NCBI GenBank assembly: GCA_050253335.1
Contig: JBFWJG010000011.1
Coordinates: forward strand, 1-49,807
Length of the DNA stretch: 49,807 bases
Direction of reading: 5' to 3'
Source: Deferribacterales bacterium
GTDB taxonomy: Bacteria > Chrysiogenota > Deferribacteres > Deferribacterales > Geovibrionaceae
Below are positions 17,523 through 27,097 of the stretch, one piece after another; within the stretch, counting starts at the first letter, position 1; each line of letters opens with the position of its first letter. A program made the translations under genes and the position numbers. The notes beneath the pieces were generated by a model that saw only the letters and a program-made list of their open reading frames with translations, made no database searches and was not told the origin of the DNA.

Positions 17523-19412
17523 TTAAGGATGCCCCTTGAAATACTTCAGCCCGACAGAGAGATACTTCGACATGTGATTAAGCGCCTTGCGGAGTTTCTC
17601 CTGATTATACATGGACAGGCTCTCGGGATTCACAAACTTGCTGATCTTCTCCCCCGAGTGCGCCTGCCTGATCTGCTCATTCAGGGTTATATCCACCAGA
17701 ATCTCATATGCGTCCTGAGTCTGCGAGACAAGCTCGTCAGAGAGAATCTTCTTGCGGCGCAGGTGCTTCAGCCGCTCTATAGTGTTAAGGTCATTCAAGC
17801 CGCACTTGAGAGTGAATGCACGGGTAACATCCACAATGAACGCCAGAGCGGCTATCTTCATGTTCATTTTCCCCGCATGTTCCCCTTCCTTCTCTGTGAT
17901 GAATTTACCGAAAAGGTTTATGGGCCTGCGCTGGTTGGAGTCGTTTTCCAGCATGTATATTAGAAAAATAGGCTTCTGGGATATTTTCATATTAATATAT
18001 TCCCTCAGCTCCCACACAAGCTTTTCATCGCCTACAAGTCCGTCATAGTCAAAAACTATATTGCTCCAGAGAATGCTTTTGCCGGCAGAGCCGTCCACCC
18101 AGTCACGCACTTTGTTTTTCCATTCGGAAAGGCGCATGGACATGTCCGGATTAGTAACCATGACATTCCCCGGGCATTTTTTATAGCCCACAAACTCCAG
18201 ATTATCCGTAAACATCTGCCCGAACCGGAGAAACACCGCTATATCCTCATCAGAAACATCATCCGCGAAGATAAAGCCGTTGTCCTGATCCGGATCAAGC
18301 ATCATTTCTTTCCTTCCGCCGCTGCCCATTATGATGAGCGTATGCTTAACTTTAGTCACATCAAAGCCGGTTTCCGCCTTAAACTTCTCCGCAGTTATCT
18401 TGTAGACTTTTTTCTGTATATTAAGATGCAGAGCGGAAAGAACGGGAAGAACATCATAAGTGAGTCTGGAACTGCCCACCAGACCCTCCGCTATTTTATA
18501 CAGCCCCGCATGGGAAGCCCTCAGCTCATCAAGGCCGGAAACGCCTTCTATATATGAGGTGTACACTGCCGTGTTTCTGAAAAGAGTACGCATTATGTCG
18601 TTATTGGAGATTATGCCCACCGGCTTGTTTTTCATTGATATAAGGGCGTATTCCTGCGCCTTTGACTGCATCTCCCCCAGAGCTTCCGCCAGAGGAAACT
18701 CAGCCGGAAGCACCAGAGGCTCCTTTTCCATAAAGTTTTTAACAAACGGAGCCTGAAGACTGCTCTCTATATTCGCTATAAACCTGTGCACCATGTGCTT
18801 GCTGGTAATAAGCCCCGCAAGGGAGTTCCCCTCGTCCAGAACAGCCAGAGCGCCTATATTGTGCTCGGACATTATCTTCCCCGCGTCCGTCACAGTATCT
18901 GTGGTTTTCACCGTTATCACGGGGCTGGTCATGTAGCTGCCCACGGGTTTGTATGTGCTGGATTCGATGTTGCCCGTATCTTTTCCGGTAATGGCGTTGA
19001 TGCGTCTTGTGACCAGGCCGTAAAAGCGCTCCCTGAACTCTTCAGAGACCTCCATCAGCTTATATATGCTCAGTTCGGGAATGAAAATCAGGTCACTGTC
19101 TTTGGAGGCCATGGCGCTGACATGGTAAACAGACTTGCCGACAAAGTTGGACAGACCGGCAAAATCACCGGAATCCGCCACTGCCTTGAGGCCGGAATCG
19201 TTATACAGCTCGACCTCGCCGGAGTAAACCAGATAAACACCCTTATGGTAGGACTCACCCTTTTTGAAAAGAGCTTCCCCCTGCGCCACAGAAACAGCCT
19301 CCCCTTTTTCAAGAAGGATTCTGAGACGGGAATACTCTATACCCTTAAAAACATAAAACCTTGTGAGTTTGTCCAGAATATCGGTTATTCCGTTCGTTGA
19401 GCGGATATCCAT
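17523..19412 (-). CDS. cNMP-binding / CBS-pair / DUF294 nucleotidyltransferase-like protein
   Basis: N-terminal cNMP region ('GVYLVYSGEVEL'), CBS pair ('MTSPVITV...HNIGALAV...GLIT'), NTase motif 'MGSGGRKEM..DPDQDNG' and 'CPGNVMVTNP'. Confidence 0.93.
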   Translation of the reverse strand: MDIRSTNGITDILDKLTRFYVFKGIEYSRLRILLEKGEAVSVAQGEALFKKGESYHKGVYLVYSGEVELYNDSGLKAVADSGDFAGLSNFVGKSVYHVSAMASKDSDLIFIPELSIYKLMEVSEEFRERFYGLVTRRINAITGKDTGNIESSTYKPVGSYMTSPVITVKTTDTVTDAGKIMSEHNIGALAVLDEGNSLAGLITSKHMVHRFIANIESSLQAPFVKNFMEKEPLVLPAEFPLAEALGEMQSKAQEYALISMKNKPVGIISNNDIMRTLFRNTAVYTSYIEGVSGLDELRASHAGLYKIAEGLVGSSRLTYDVLPVLSALHLNIQKKVYKITAEKFKAETGFDVTKVKHTLIIMGSGGRKEMMLDPDQDNGFIFADDVSDEDIAVFLRFGQMFTDNLEFVGYKKCPGNVMVTNPDMSMRLSEWKNKVRDWVDGSAGKSILWSNIVFDYDGLVGDEKLVWELREYINMKISQKPIFLIYMLENDSNQRRPINLFGKFITEKEGEHAGKMNMKIAALAFIVDVTRAFTLKCGLNDLNTIERLKHLRRKKILSDELVSQTQDAYEILVDITLNEQIRQAHSGEKISKFVNPESLSMYNQEKLRKALNHMSKYLSVGLKYFKGHP

Positions 19413-20039
19413 ATGGCCTCCGAAAAGCTATTTACCCGGAATTAATACTTGAGATAAGCATACACAATAATAAACCATTATTCTATATGCACGCAAACAC
19501 TTATCATCAGTCTTTTTCCTTTGATTATATACATATCAGACTTTTTTTAACAGACTATTTTTATACCATTGGGAAATTAATACACTATTCATTGTATCCT
19601 ATAAAACAAACCGGATTTGTGTTTTGAAAATATGCATACACCATGATAAAGCGAACATAAGTTACTAATAACACACCATTTTAACTAAAGAATATGTTTT
19701 TAAACAAGAAGTACATTTACCCATTAAACAAATTATTTATGAATATATTTATTAATCATAAATTATATACCAACGTCTCATTAATCATTAATCAAATAAC
19801 TTTAAATAAACATACTGATCTATTAATTTTTTGCACCTTACATCAACAGCTTTATAACATTTTCTATAATAGAGACTTATAAAATATTCTTGACAAATAG
19901 AGTCTATATAATTTAATAATACATACATTATATAAAGTAGTTTTACTTTAAGGCGCATACGGATTTAAACATGTATTAAACCGTATTAAAGAAACTGCTT
20001 GTAGTTTTATACTTTTTTCAAAACAGGTAGGAGGTCTTT

Positions 20040-20333
20040 ATGAACGCTCACGAAATCGTGAAGTCTGACAGGTTTAAAAACCTGGTCAGAAAGAGGTGGA
20101 CTTTCAGCTACATAATGCTGGCTGTTCTCTTCGTTGTGTATTTCGGCTATCTGTTTCTTATTTCGCTGGATAAGGAACAGATGCTCACTCTGGTTACGCC
20201 GAACATAACTCTGGGCATTGCTCTTTTTGCAGCAGTAATTATTATCGCGTGGGTTCTCACACTCATCTATGTTCTCTGGGCAAACAGCTCATATGACAAA
20301 GAAGTGGAAGAACTTAAAAAGATGCTGAAATAA
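20040..20333 (+). CDS. DUF485 (YjcH-like) membrane protein
   Basis: 'F..LVRKRWTF', two TM segments, '[10 protein letters not shown]'; SD AGGAGG; directly upstream of actP. Confidence 0.92.
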   Translation: MNAHEIVKSDRFKNLVRKRWTFSYIMLAVLFVVYFGYLFLISLDKEQMLTLVTPNITLGIALFAAVIIIAWVLTLIYVLWANSSYDKEVEELKKMLK

Positions 20334-20346
20334 GGGAGAATCAAAC

Positions 20347-21915
20347 ATGACTGAAGTTATTGCTCAAAGACTTGCAAATTTCCAGGCGGGCAAGGCAGAT
20401 CCCATCTCCCTTATATTCTTCGCCATCATTGTTGCCGGTACGCTGATGATCACCTACTGGGCAGCTAAAAAAACCAAAACCACAAGTGAATTCTATGCCG
20501 CAGGACGCAGCGTGACAGGCTTCCAGAACGGGCTTGCTCTCGCGGGCGACTATATGTCCGCCGCTTCTTTCCTCGGTATTTCAGGCATGGTTGCCCTCCG
20601 CGGCTACGACGGCGCAATATACGCTGTCGGCTGGCTTGTTGGCTGGCCTGCTCTTATGTTCCTTATAGCTGAGCCTTTAAGAAACCTCGGCAAGTTCACC
20701 TTCGCAGATGTTGTTTCATCCAGACTTAAAAACCGTCCGATACGCATCGCTTCTGCCGTGGGTGGAATCCTTGTGGTTCTCTGCTACACAATCGCGCAGA
20801 TGGTCGGCGCCGGCAAACTTATTCAGCTTATGTTCGGTATGCCCTATGAGCTCGCGGAAATCCTTGTGGGCACGGTTATGCTTCTGTACGTTCTTTTCGG
20901 CGGAATGCTTGCAACCACATGGGTTCAGATAATAAAAGCGGTTCTTCTTCTTTTCGGTGTTACTGTTCTTGCGTTCCTTGTTCTTGCCAAATTCGGCTTC
21001 AACCCCGGAACACTCTTCGGAGCAGTAAGCGACCAGTACGGTTTTGAAACCATGTTCAAACCCGGCGGATTCGTAACAAGTCCGATCGAAGCTCTTTCAC
21101 TCGGCCTTGCGCTTATGTTCGGTCTTCTCGGTCTTCCCCACATCCTCATGAGATTCTTCACCGTTCCGGATGCTAAGGAAGCCAGAAAATCAGTTGCATA
21201 CGCAACAAGCTTCATAGGCTATTTCTACCTTGTTATCCCCATAGTAGGCTTCGGCGCCGCCGCAATAGTCGGTCAGGAGTTCATCACGGGAATAGATAAG
21301 GGCGGAAACATGGCAGCGCCCATACTCGCGGCCGCTCTCGGCGGAAAGCCCTTCCTCGGCTTCATAGCCGCGGTAGCCTTCGCCACAATCCTTGCTGTTG
21401 TTGCGGGTCTTACACTTGCCGCATCTTCCGCAATGAGCCACGATATATATGTCAGCGTCTTCAAGAAAGGTCAGGCGACTGAAGCCGAGCAGGTTAAAGT
21501 TGCGAGAATCGCCACAGTTATCTTCGGTATAGCTGCTGTTGCACTGGGCATTCTTTTCAAAAACCAGAACGTTGCCTTCCTTGTGGGTCTGGCATTCGCA
21601 ATAGCCGCAAGCGCAAACTTCCCCGCTCTGCTTCTTTCCATCACATGGAAAAAGTTCAGCACGAGAGGCGCTGTGTGGTCAATCATCGCAGGTGCTGTTT
21701 CTGCTTCACTCTGCATCCTGTTCAGCCCCGTTATATGGGTTAACATCCTCGGATTTGAAAAAGCGATATTCCCGCTGAAAAACCCTGCGATAGTCTCAAT
21801 GACAATAGCATTCCTCGCGGCTTACATCGGCTCAGTAACTGCACCCGAGCTTGACTCGCAGGAAAAATTCGAGCAGGAAAAAATAAGAACGTACCTTGGA
21901 ATCGGTGCGGAATAA
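20347..21915 (+). CDS. actP: Cation/acetate symporter ActP (SSS family)
   Basis: '[32 protein letters not shown]', '[21 protein letters not shown]'. Confidence 0.95.
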   Translation: MTEVIAQRLANFQAGKADPISLIFFAIIVAGTLMITYWAAKKTKTTSEFYAAGRSVTGFQNGLALAGDYMSAASFLGISGMVALRGYDGAIYAVGWLVGWPALMFLIAEPLRNLGKFTFADVVSSRLKNRPIRIASAVGGILVVLCYTIAQMVGAGKLIQLMFGMPYELAEILVGTVMLLYVLFGGMLATTWVQIIKAVLLLFGVTVLAFLVLAKFGFNPGTLFGAVSDQYGFETMFKPGGFVTSPIEALSLGLALMFGLLGLPHILMRFFTVPDAKEARKSVAYATSFIGYFYLVIPIVGFGAAAIVGQEFITGIDKGGNMAAPILAAALGGKPFLGFIAAVAFATILAVVAGLTLAASSAMSHDIYVSVFKKGQATEAEQVKVARIATVIFGIAAVALGILFKNQNVAFLVGLAFAIAASANFPALLLSITWKKFSTRGAVWSIIAGAVSASLCILFSPVIWVNILGFEKAIFPLKNPAIVSMTIAFLAAYIGSVTAPELDSQEKFEQEKIRTYLGIGAE

Positions 21916-21950
21916 TACAATACCTTTTCGTTTCCTGAAAACAACAACAC

Positions 21951-21979
21951 AAAAAAGGAGCCTTCGGGCTCCTTTTTTT
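21951..21979. terminator. Bidirectional terminator
   Basis: A6-GGAGCC-TTCG-GGCTCC-T7 between convergent genes. Confidence 0.9.
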
Positions 21980-22829
21980 ATTTCTGAAGCTCGCGGAGGA
22001 TGCTCTCCGCACGGTCGGAGAAGATCATGTCAACGCCGTCCATGGCGGCAAACCGTCTGTATGAGCCTATTTCATTCACGGAATATATCCACAGTTTAAG
22101 CCCGTTTTCAGTGCAGTAAGAAATGAGCTCCGGACAGACAAGGTTCTTTGCCACGCACACTCCGCCTCCGGATTTCTGTATTACCTGCATCAGTTTGTCA
22201 GGGAGAGTCCGGCAGCGGAGGGAATGGAAATAACCCTGATAAAGCTCACGGGGAACGGACTCAAAAACATTTCTGCCGGTGAACACGCTGTATTTCTTAA
22301 CTTTTATACGGTTCTGAGCAAAAAACTCAGTAAGCCTGCCCCTCAGACCGTATGCGAAAAGGCTCTGGCAGGAAAGAAAAAGCGGAGCGGAAAATCCTTC
22401 CCTGCTGAAATTCATCAGTGAAAGCGCGCACCATGAAACTATGGCTGTCTGTTTCTCAAGTCCGTGCTTTTTTATCAGGCGGATATGCTCCTTTTCGAAA
22501 CCTATGTCCTTCACATCAAGACAGAAAACAGTATCAGGAGAAAATTTTTCACTGAATATGCCCAGTGCGGCGTCAAGGCGGGGAATCCCCTCATCGCCGT
22601 GAATTTTTATTCCGTCAATGCCCCCGCTCTCAGTCTGCGGAAAAACATGCCCCTGAATGTACGGATCATGAAAAACGTAGAGAACGCCGTCCTTTGAGGC
22701 TCTGGTGTCTATCTCGAAATATTTTACGGAGCTTTTTGCCGCCTCATAAAAGCCGGAAAAGGTGTGCTCAACCGGAGCATATCCCCTGAAACGGTGACTC
22801 AGAAGCTTTTCCGCGGGTGATTTGGTCAT
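21978..22829 (-). CDS. Glycerophosphodiester phosphodiesterase family protein
   Basis: 'SHRFRGYAPVEHT', 'FEIDTRASKDG..YVFHD', 'LDVK', 'YSVN', 'GVDMIFSD'. Confidence 0.85.
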   Translation of the reverse strand: MTKSPAEKLLSHRFRGYAPVEHTFSGFYEAAKSSVKYFEIDTRASKDGVLYVFHDPYIQGHVFPQTESGGIDGIKIHGDEGIPRLDAALGIFSEKFSPDTVFCLDVKDIGFEKEHIRLIKKHGLEKQTAIVSWCALSLMNFSREGFSAPLFLSCQSLFAYGLRGRLTEFFAQNRIKVKKYSVFTGRNVFESVPRELYQGYFHSLRCRTLPDKLMQVIQKSGGGVCVAKNLVCPELISYCTENGLKLWIYSVNEIGSYRRFAAMDGVDMIFSDRAESILRELQK

Positions 22830-22861
22830 AAAATCTCTCCTTTGCCGCGCAATATATCAAA

Positions 22862-22878
22862 TTGGCACACAGACTGCT
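22862..22878 (+). promoter_or_regulatory. Putative sigma54 promoter
   Basis: TTGGCACACAGACTGCT (GG-N10-GC). Confidence 0.75.
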
Positions 22879-22914
22879 ACTTATAAAAAAACGATAACAA
22901 ACCGGAGGCAAAAA

Positions 22915-23361
22915 ATGCAGGTCACAGCCAAAAGCATAATGCTGGAGCAGTATAATAAACTTCTTAAAAATGATTCTTCCTCGGCTCTTCATTCAGCAAA
23001 GGAGAGCGCAAATCCGCTCCTCATAGGCAAAACCGCATCGGAAACCGATTCTTCATCCGTTCTGGACACTGTGCAGATATCTCAGGCCGCCCTTGATATG
23101 CTGAACAGCTACTCAGCAGAGGACGCGGCAACGGAAGAAGCGAAAAAAGCGGCACTCGGAAAGTTTTTCCAGCTTGGTTCAAGCTTTTTCGGAACTGAAG
23201 GGGCAACAAACCTTGAGGCTGTGATAGCGGCGCTGGAAGAAAAAATACAGGAAGGGGAAGGCGACAGTCTTCTCAAAACAATTGCCGAATCCAACAGAGC
23301 CGCCAACGCGGGTCAGGGACGCATCAGCTACAATGCCGATGTATCCGCTCTGTTTGAATAA
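22915..23361 (+). CDS. Hypothetical protein (148 aa)
   Basis: SD GGAGG before ATG 22915; contains 'DTVQISQAA'; 3' end overlaps the end of bioD. Confidence 0.75.
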   Translation: MQVTAKSIMLEQYNKLLKNDSSSALHSAKESANPLLIGKTASETDSSSVLDTVQISQAALDMLNSYSAEDAATEEAKKAALGKFFQLGSSFFGTEGATNLEAVIAALEEKIQEGEGDSLLKTIAESNRAANAGQGRISYNADVSALFE

Positions 23362-23933
23362 AGAGACTGATCAAAGAAATACGCAACCGACGCGGGGATA
23401 AGCCGTTCGATTATCCCTGCGTTTTTTGAGTCGTTCTCCGTGGCAGAAAAATACCTGTTCATGGCGAACCCTGCGAACTTTACCCCTTTCTGCGATATGA
23501 AAGAGTGATTAAGCAGTGCCTCATTCACACAGCCCAGCCTGTCAGGTATAACCACTATAATCCCCAATCCGCAGCGGGCAGGGATTTCCCATGTCATCCG
23601 AGTATAATCCAGAGGGACGGCTATTCCGCCCGCGCCTTCAACTATCAGCACTTCCGAATCATCTTCATTGACCGCTGAAACCGCTTCCTCAAATGGGAAT
23701 CTCTCAAAACACAGACAGGGCGCAAGCGGCGGTTCCGCGGTGAAAAGCGTTCTCGCCTTCTGTATGCCTGAAATCCTTTTCACATAAGCCGCGTCATCAT
23801 CCGCCGGATAGCCGGTCTGCACAGGTTTTATGTATGAAACAGCCCTGCCCTGCTCATGGAAATGCTTCGCGAGCAGAGCGGAAAAAAAAGTTTTTCCTAC
23901 TCCTGTTCCGGAGCCTGATATAAAAAGCCTCAA
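23328..23933 (-). CDS. bioD: Dethiobiotin synthase
   Basis: 'FISGSGTGVGKT', 'YIKPVQTG', 'IVEGAGG..VPL', 'LGCVN'. Confidence 0.95.
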   Translation of the reverse strand: MRLFISGSGTGVGKTFFSALLAKHFHEQGRAVSYIKPVQTGYPADDDAAYVKRISGIQKARTLFTAEPPLAPCLCFERFPFEEAVSAVNEDDSEVLIVEGAGGIAVPLDYTRMTWEIPARCGLGIIVVIPDRLGCVNEALLNHSFISQKGVKFAGFAMNRYFSATENDSKNAGIIERLIPASVAYFFDQSLYSNRADTSAL

Positions 23934-25270
23934 TCAAGCACCTCTTTAACGGAATCACGCGCTATGGAGACAAGGGTTTCAGTTTCCTCTCTGCTGATTA
24001 TATAAGGCGGCATAAAGTAAATTATATCACTCAGATTCCGGAGCAGGGCGCCCTTTTCCACCGCCTTTCTGTATATCCGAAAGCCTGTGCGGAGTCCGGA
24101 TTCAAAGGGGATGTTCCCGTTCTTGTCCTTCACCAGTTCAACTGCGGACACAAAGCCCGTATGCCTTATCTCACCGACATTCGGATGACCGACGAAAGCC
24201 TCTTCAATGCACCTGCGCATGTGGGCGAATTTCGGTTTGTTTGATTCTATAATATTCTCCTCACGGAAAATTTTCAGAGTTTCCGCCGCAACGGAACAGG
24301 CAAGGGGATTGCCAGTGTAGCTGTGGCTGTGCAGGAAAGCTTTTCCCGTGGAATAGTCATCATAAAACCCGTAGAAGATTTCATCCGTGGTAAGAACGGC
24401 GCTCAGCGGCAGGTAGCCGGAGGTTATCCCTTTGGACAGGCAGAGCATATCGGGGCAGACACCTGCCTGCTCAAGGGCGAACATTGTGCCTGTTCTGCCG
24501 AAGCCGACTGCTATTTCATCGAAAATAAGGTGAATATCAAGCTCAGCGGTGACTTTGCGCAGTTTGATGAGATATTCCGGCGGATACATCTTAAATCCGC
24601 CCGCACACTGGATCAAAGGCTCCACAAGAACAGCGGTGAGCATTTCTGCATTTTCCCGCAGTGCTTTTTCCATGAAGCCGAAACACTCCACAGAGCATGA
24701 GCCCCGCTGTCTGCCGCAGGGACATCTGAAACAGTCGGGTCCCAGAACCTTTATGTTCTCTATCATTATATCGCCGTAGAGGTCGGTGTAGAGCGTTTCC
24801 CCGCACACGGAAAGACAGCCCAGAGTTTCGCCGTGGTAGCCGTCCGTGAGGAAGGCGTAGCGCTTTTTAGCGGAGTTTCCGGTGTTTCTGCGGTAGCCGT
24901 AGCTCATCTTCATGGCAGATTCCACTGCGGATGAACCGTTGTCGGCAAAGAAGATTTTGTTAAGCTCCGGCGGAGTGAGATCAATAAGCCCCGCCGCAAC
25001 CTCCTCTGCGGGACTGTGGGTTGTCCCCGCGAAGATGACATGCTCAAGCCTGTCCGCCTGTTTTTTCAGAGCGTTTGTGAGCCTTGGGTTGCAGTGGCCG
25101 AAAAGGTTCACCCACCATGAGGAAACGGCGTCTATGTATTTTTTGCCGTTTTTGTCAATGAGCCAGACCCCTTCGCCCCGCTCGATTTCGATAAGCGGGT
25201 GGGTCTCAAGGTCTTTCATCTGCGTGCATGGATGCCAGATATTGGTGGCGCATTTTGAGTCTGTTTTCAT
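23930..25270 (-). CDS. bioA: Adenosylmethionine-8-amino-7-oxononanoate aminotransferase
   Basis: 'IWHPCTQM', 'SSWWVNLFGH', 'YHGET', 'DEIAVGFGRTG', 'LSKGITSGYLP', 'HSHSYTGNPL'. Start placed at ATG 25270 from promoter geometry. Confidence 0.97.
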   Translation of the reverse strand: MKTDSKCATNIWHPCTQMKDLETHPLIEIERGEGVWLIDKNGKKYIDAVSSWWVNLFGHCNPRLTNALKKQADRLEHVIFAGTTHSPAEEVAAGLIDLTPPELNKIFFADNGSSAVESAMKMSYGYRRNTGNSAKKRYAFLTDGYHGETLGCLSVCGETLYTDLYGDIMIENIKVLGPDCFRCPCGRQRGSCSVECFGFMEKALRENAEMLTAVLVEPLIQCAGGFKMYPPEYLIKLRKVTAELDIHLIFDEIAVGFGRTGTMFALEQAGVCPDMLCLSKGITSGYLPLSAVLTTDEIFYGFYDDYSTGKAFLHSHSYTGNPLACSVAAETLKIFREENIIESNKPKFAHMRRCIEEAFVGHPNVGEIRHTGFVSAVELVKDKNGNIPFESGLRTGFRIYRKAVEKGALLRNLSDIIYFMPPYIISREETETLVSIARDSVKEVLD

Positions 25271-25277
25271 AAGCCTG

Positions 25278-25322
25278 AGTCTACTATATTCGTTGACACC
25301 GTGCAAGCATGGGTTATATCCT
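25278..25322. promoter_or_regulatory. Overlapping divergent sigma70 promoters for bioA and bioF
   Basis: Minus strand TTGCAC-N17-TAGACT-N7-ATG; plus strand TTGACA-N18-TATCCT-N7-ATG. Confidence 0.65.
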
Positions 25323-25329
25323 TAAAAAT

Positions 25330-26484
25330 ATGAGAGAAAAACTGAAACAGGAACTGGAAAAAATAAAATCCGAAGGGCTTTACCGCAGCCTGCCCGACAT
25401 AGACGAAGGGGCAGGGAAATATGTCATTTCCGGCGGCAGGCGTCTTTTAAACCTCGCCTCCAACAACTATCTGGGTATTTCCGAGAAACAGGAGATCATA
25501 AACGAGTCCGCCGCGGCTCTGAGGGCATTCGGCTGTTCCAGCGGAGCCTCCAGAGTGGTAACGGGGAACTTCTCCCTGTACGGCCTGCTTGAGAAGGAAA
25601 CGGCGGAATTCAAAAATACCGAAAGCTGTCTTGTGCTTAACACAGGCTACACCGCCAATCTGGCGGTGATTGCCTCCCTTGCGGGAAGGCACACGGCTGT
25701 TTTCTCCGACAAGCTGAACCACGCCAGCATAATAGACGGAATAAAGCTCAGCGGGGCAAAGCACATCCGCTACCGCCACAATGACACGGCGCATCTTGCG
25801 GAGCTTCTTGAACAATACAAAGATACGGAAGAGAAAATAATAGTTACCGACAGCGTTTTCAGCATGGACGGAGACAGGGCGCATCTTGAGGAAATAGTCT
25901 GTCTGGCGGAAAAATACGGCGCGCTCACTGTTGTGGACGAGGCGCACGCAACAGGCGTTCTCGGCGGCGGCAGAGGGCTGGCGCATGAGCTGGGGCTTGA
26001 AAAACGGATAGATGTACACATGGGAACATTCAGCAAGGCTCTGGGCTCCTTCGGCGCATACATCGCCGGAGATTCCGCAGTCATTGACTATATAAGGAAC
26101 AAAGGGCGCGCATTCATATTCACCACATCTCTCCCTCCTGCGGTGATAGGGGCGAATCTGGGTGCGCTCAGATGGCTGAGAAACAACCCCTCCTGCGGTG
26201 AAGAACTTCTCAGGAAAGCCGAAACTGTCAGAAACGAGCTCAACGAGGCAGGTTTTGACACAGCGGATTCCTCCACACAGATAATTCCTGTTATAATAGG
26301 AGATAACTTCAAGGTTCAGCAGGCAGGCAGCCTTCTGGAGGACTCCGGAATCAAGACTGGGGTGATACGCCCCCCCACAGTGCCTGAAGGCACGGCGAGG
26401 CTCCGCCTTTCCGTCCGTCTGGATCTTAATGATGATGAGATGAGGCATGTGATTTATTCCGTCAGGAGGCTGAAAAATGCTTAA
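25330..26484 (+). CDS. bioF: 8-amino-7-oxononanoate synthase
   Basis: 'NLASNNYLG', 'GASRVVTG', 'SDKLNHASIIDG', 'DSVFSMDGD', 'VDEAHATG', 'GTFSKALG', 'IRPPTVPEGTARLR'. Confidence 0.97.
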   Translation: MREKLKQELEKIKSEGLYRSLPDIDEGAGKYVISGGRRLLNLASNNYLGISEKQEIINESAAALRAFGCSSGASRVVTGNFSLYGLLEKETAEFKNTESCLVLNTGYTANLAVIASLAGRHTAVFSDKLNHASIIDGIKLSGAKHIRYRHNDTAHLAELLEQYKDTEEKIIVTDSVFSMDGDRAHLEEIVCLAEKYGALTVVDEAHATGVLGGGRGLAHELGLEKRIDVHMGTFSKALGSFGAYIAGDSAVIDYIRNKGRAFIFTTSLPPAVIGANLGALRWLRNNPSCGEELLRKAETVRNELNEAGFDTADSSTQIIPVIIGDNFKVQQAGSLLEDSGIKTGVIRPPTVPEGTARLRLSVRLDLNDDEMRHVIYSVRRLKNA

Positions 26485-27097
26485 ATTCGTTTCCGGCTGG
26501 GCAGGTTTCCCCGCGCTTTTCCCGCAGATCTCTTCCAGATACCCCTTTTACCTCCCGTTTGTCATCCACTCGGAAAGTGAAATCGAAACAGCTCTGGAGG
26601 AAGGCGGGGAGATACTGGCAGGATGGTCCGCCGGAGCGCACATCATTCTTAAAAATATAGACAAAATAATGGACAGATATGAAAAAATCTTCCTTTTCGC
26701 CCCTTTTGTAAGCTTCTGCGAATATTTTCATTCTCAGGCTCTTATACTGATGATCAAAAAAATGAGGCGGGATCCGCAAACGGTTCTCAGCGATTTTTAC
26801 GACAGATGCGGAGTTACCGGCTTCCTGCCCGGAACAGACACCGAAACAGCCTCAAGACTGATCAGCGGGCTTGAGTTTCTCATCAGCAGCAAAGCGGAGC
26901 CCAAAGGCGAAAATGCTGAGAACAAAGTTGTCCTTGTGCACGGAGCGGGAGACATGATAGTTAATTTCCGTGCCAGCGAGGATGTGGCGGAAATTCTCCA
27001 CGGCGAAAAGCTGATCACCATCGAAAGCGGACATTACATCAGGGAAAAACAGATAGCCGACATAATCTATGAAAATACACATAAAAAGATTTTTTGA
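26477..27097 (+). CDS. Alpha/beta hydrolase, probable pimeloyl-ACP methyl ester esterase (BioH/BioG role)
   Basis: 'SGW', nucleophile elbow 'GWSAG', 'HGAGDMIV', 'SGHY'; overlaps both bioF and bioC. Confidence 0.8.
   Translation: MLKFVSGWAGFPALFPQISSRYPFYLPFVIHSESEIETALEEGGEILAGWSAGAHIILKNIDKIMDRYEKIFLFAPFVSFCEYFHSQALILMIKKMRRDPQTVLSDFYDRCGVTGFLPGTDTETASRLISGLEFLISSKAEPKGENAENKVVLVHGAGDMIVNFRASEDVAEILHGEKLITIESGHYIREKQIADIIYENTHKKIF

Noticed and set aside
19397..19882. 76-aa and 62-aa ORFs in the AT-rich gap
   Set aside because: No SD, composition reflects AT-rich non-coding DNA, and no motifs.
25268..25300. Full BirA operator between bioA and bioF
   Set aside because: Only one convincing half-site (GTTGACA), which doubles as the -35 element; the partner half is poor.
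25447..26448. 333-aa minus-strand ORF
   Set aside because: Entirely antisense to bioF with no recognisable motifs; a shadow ORF.
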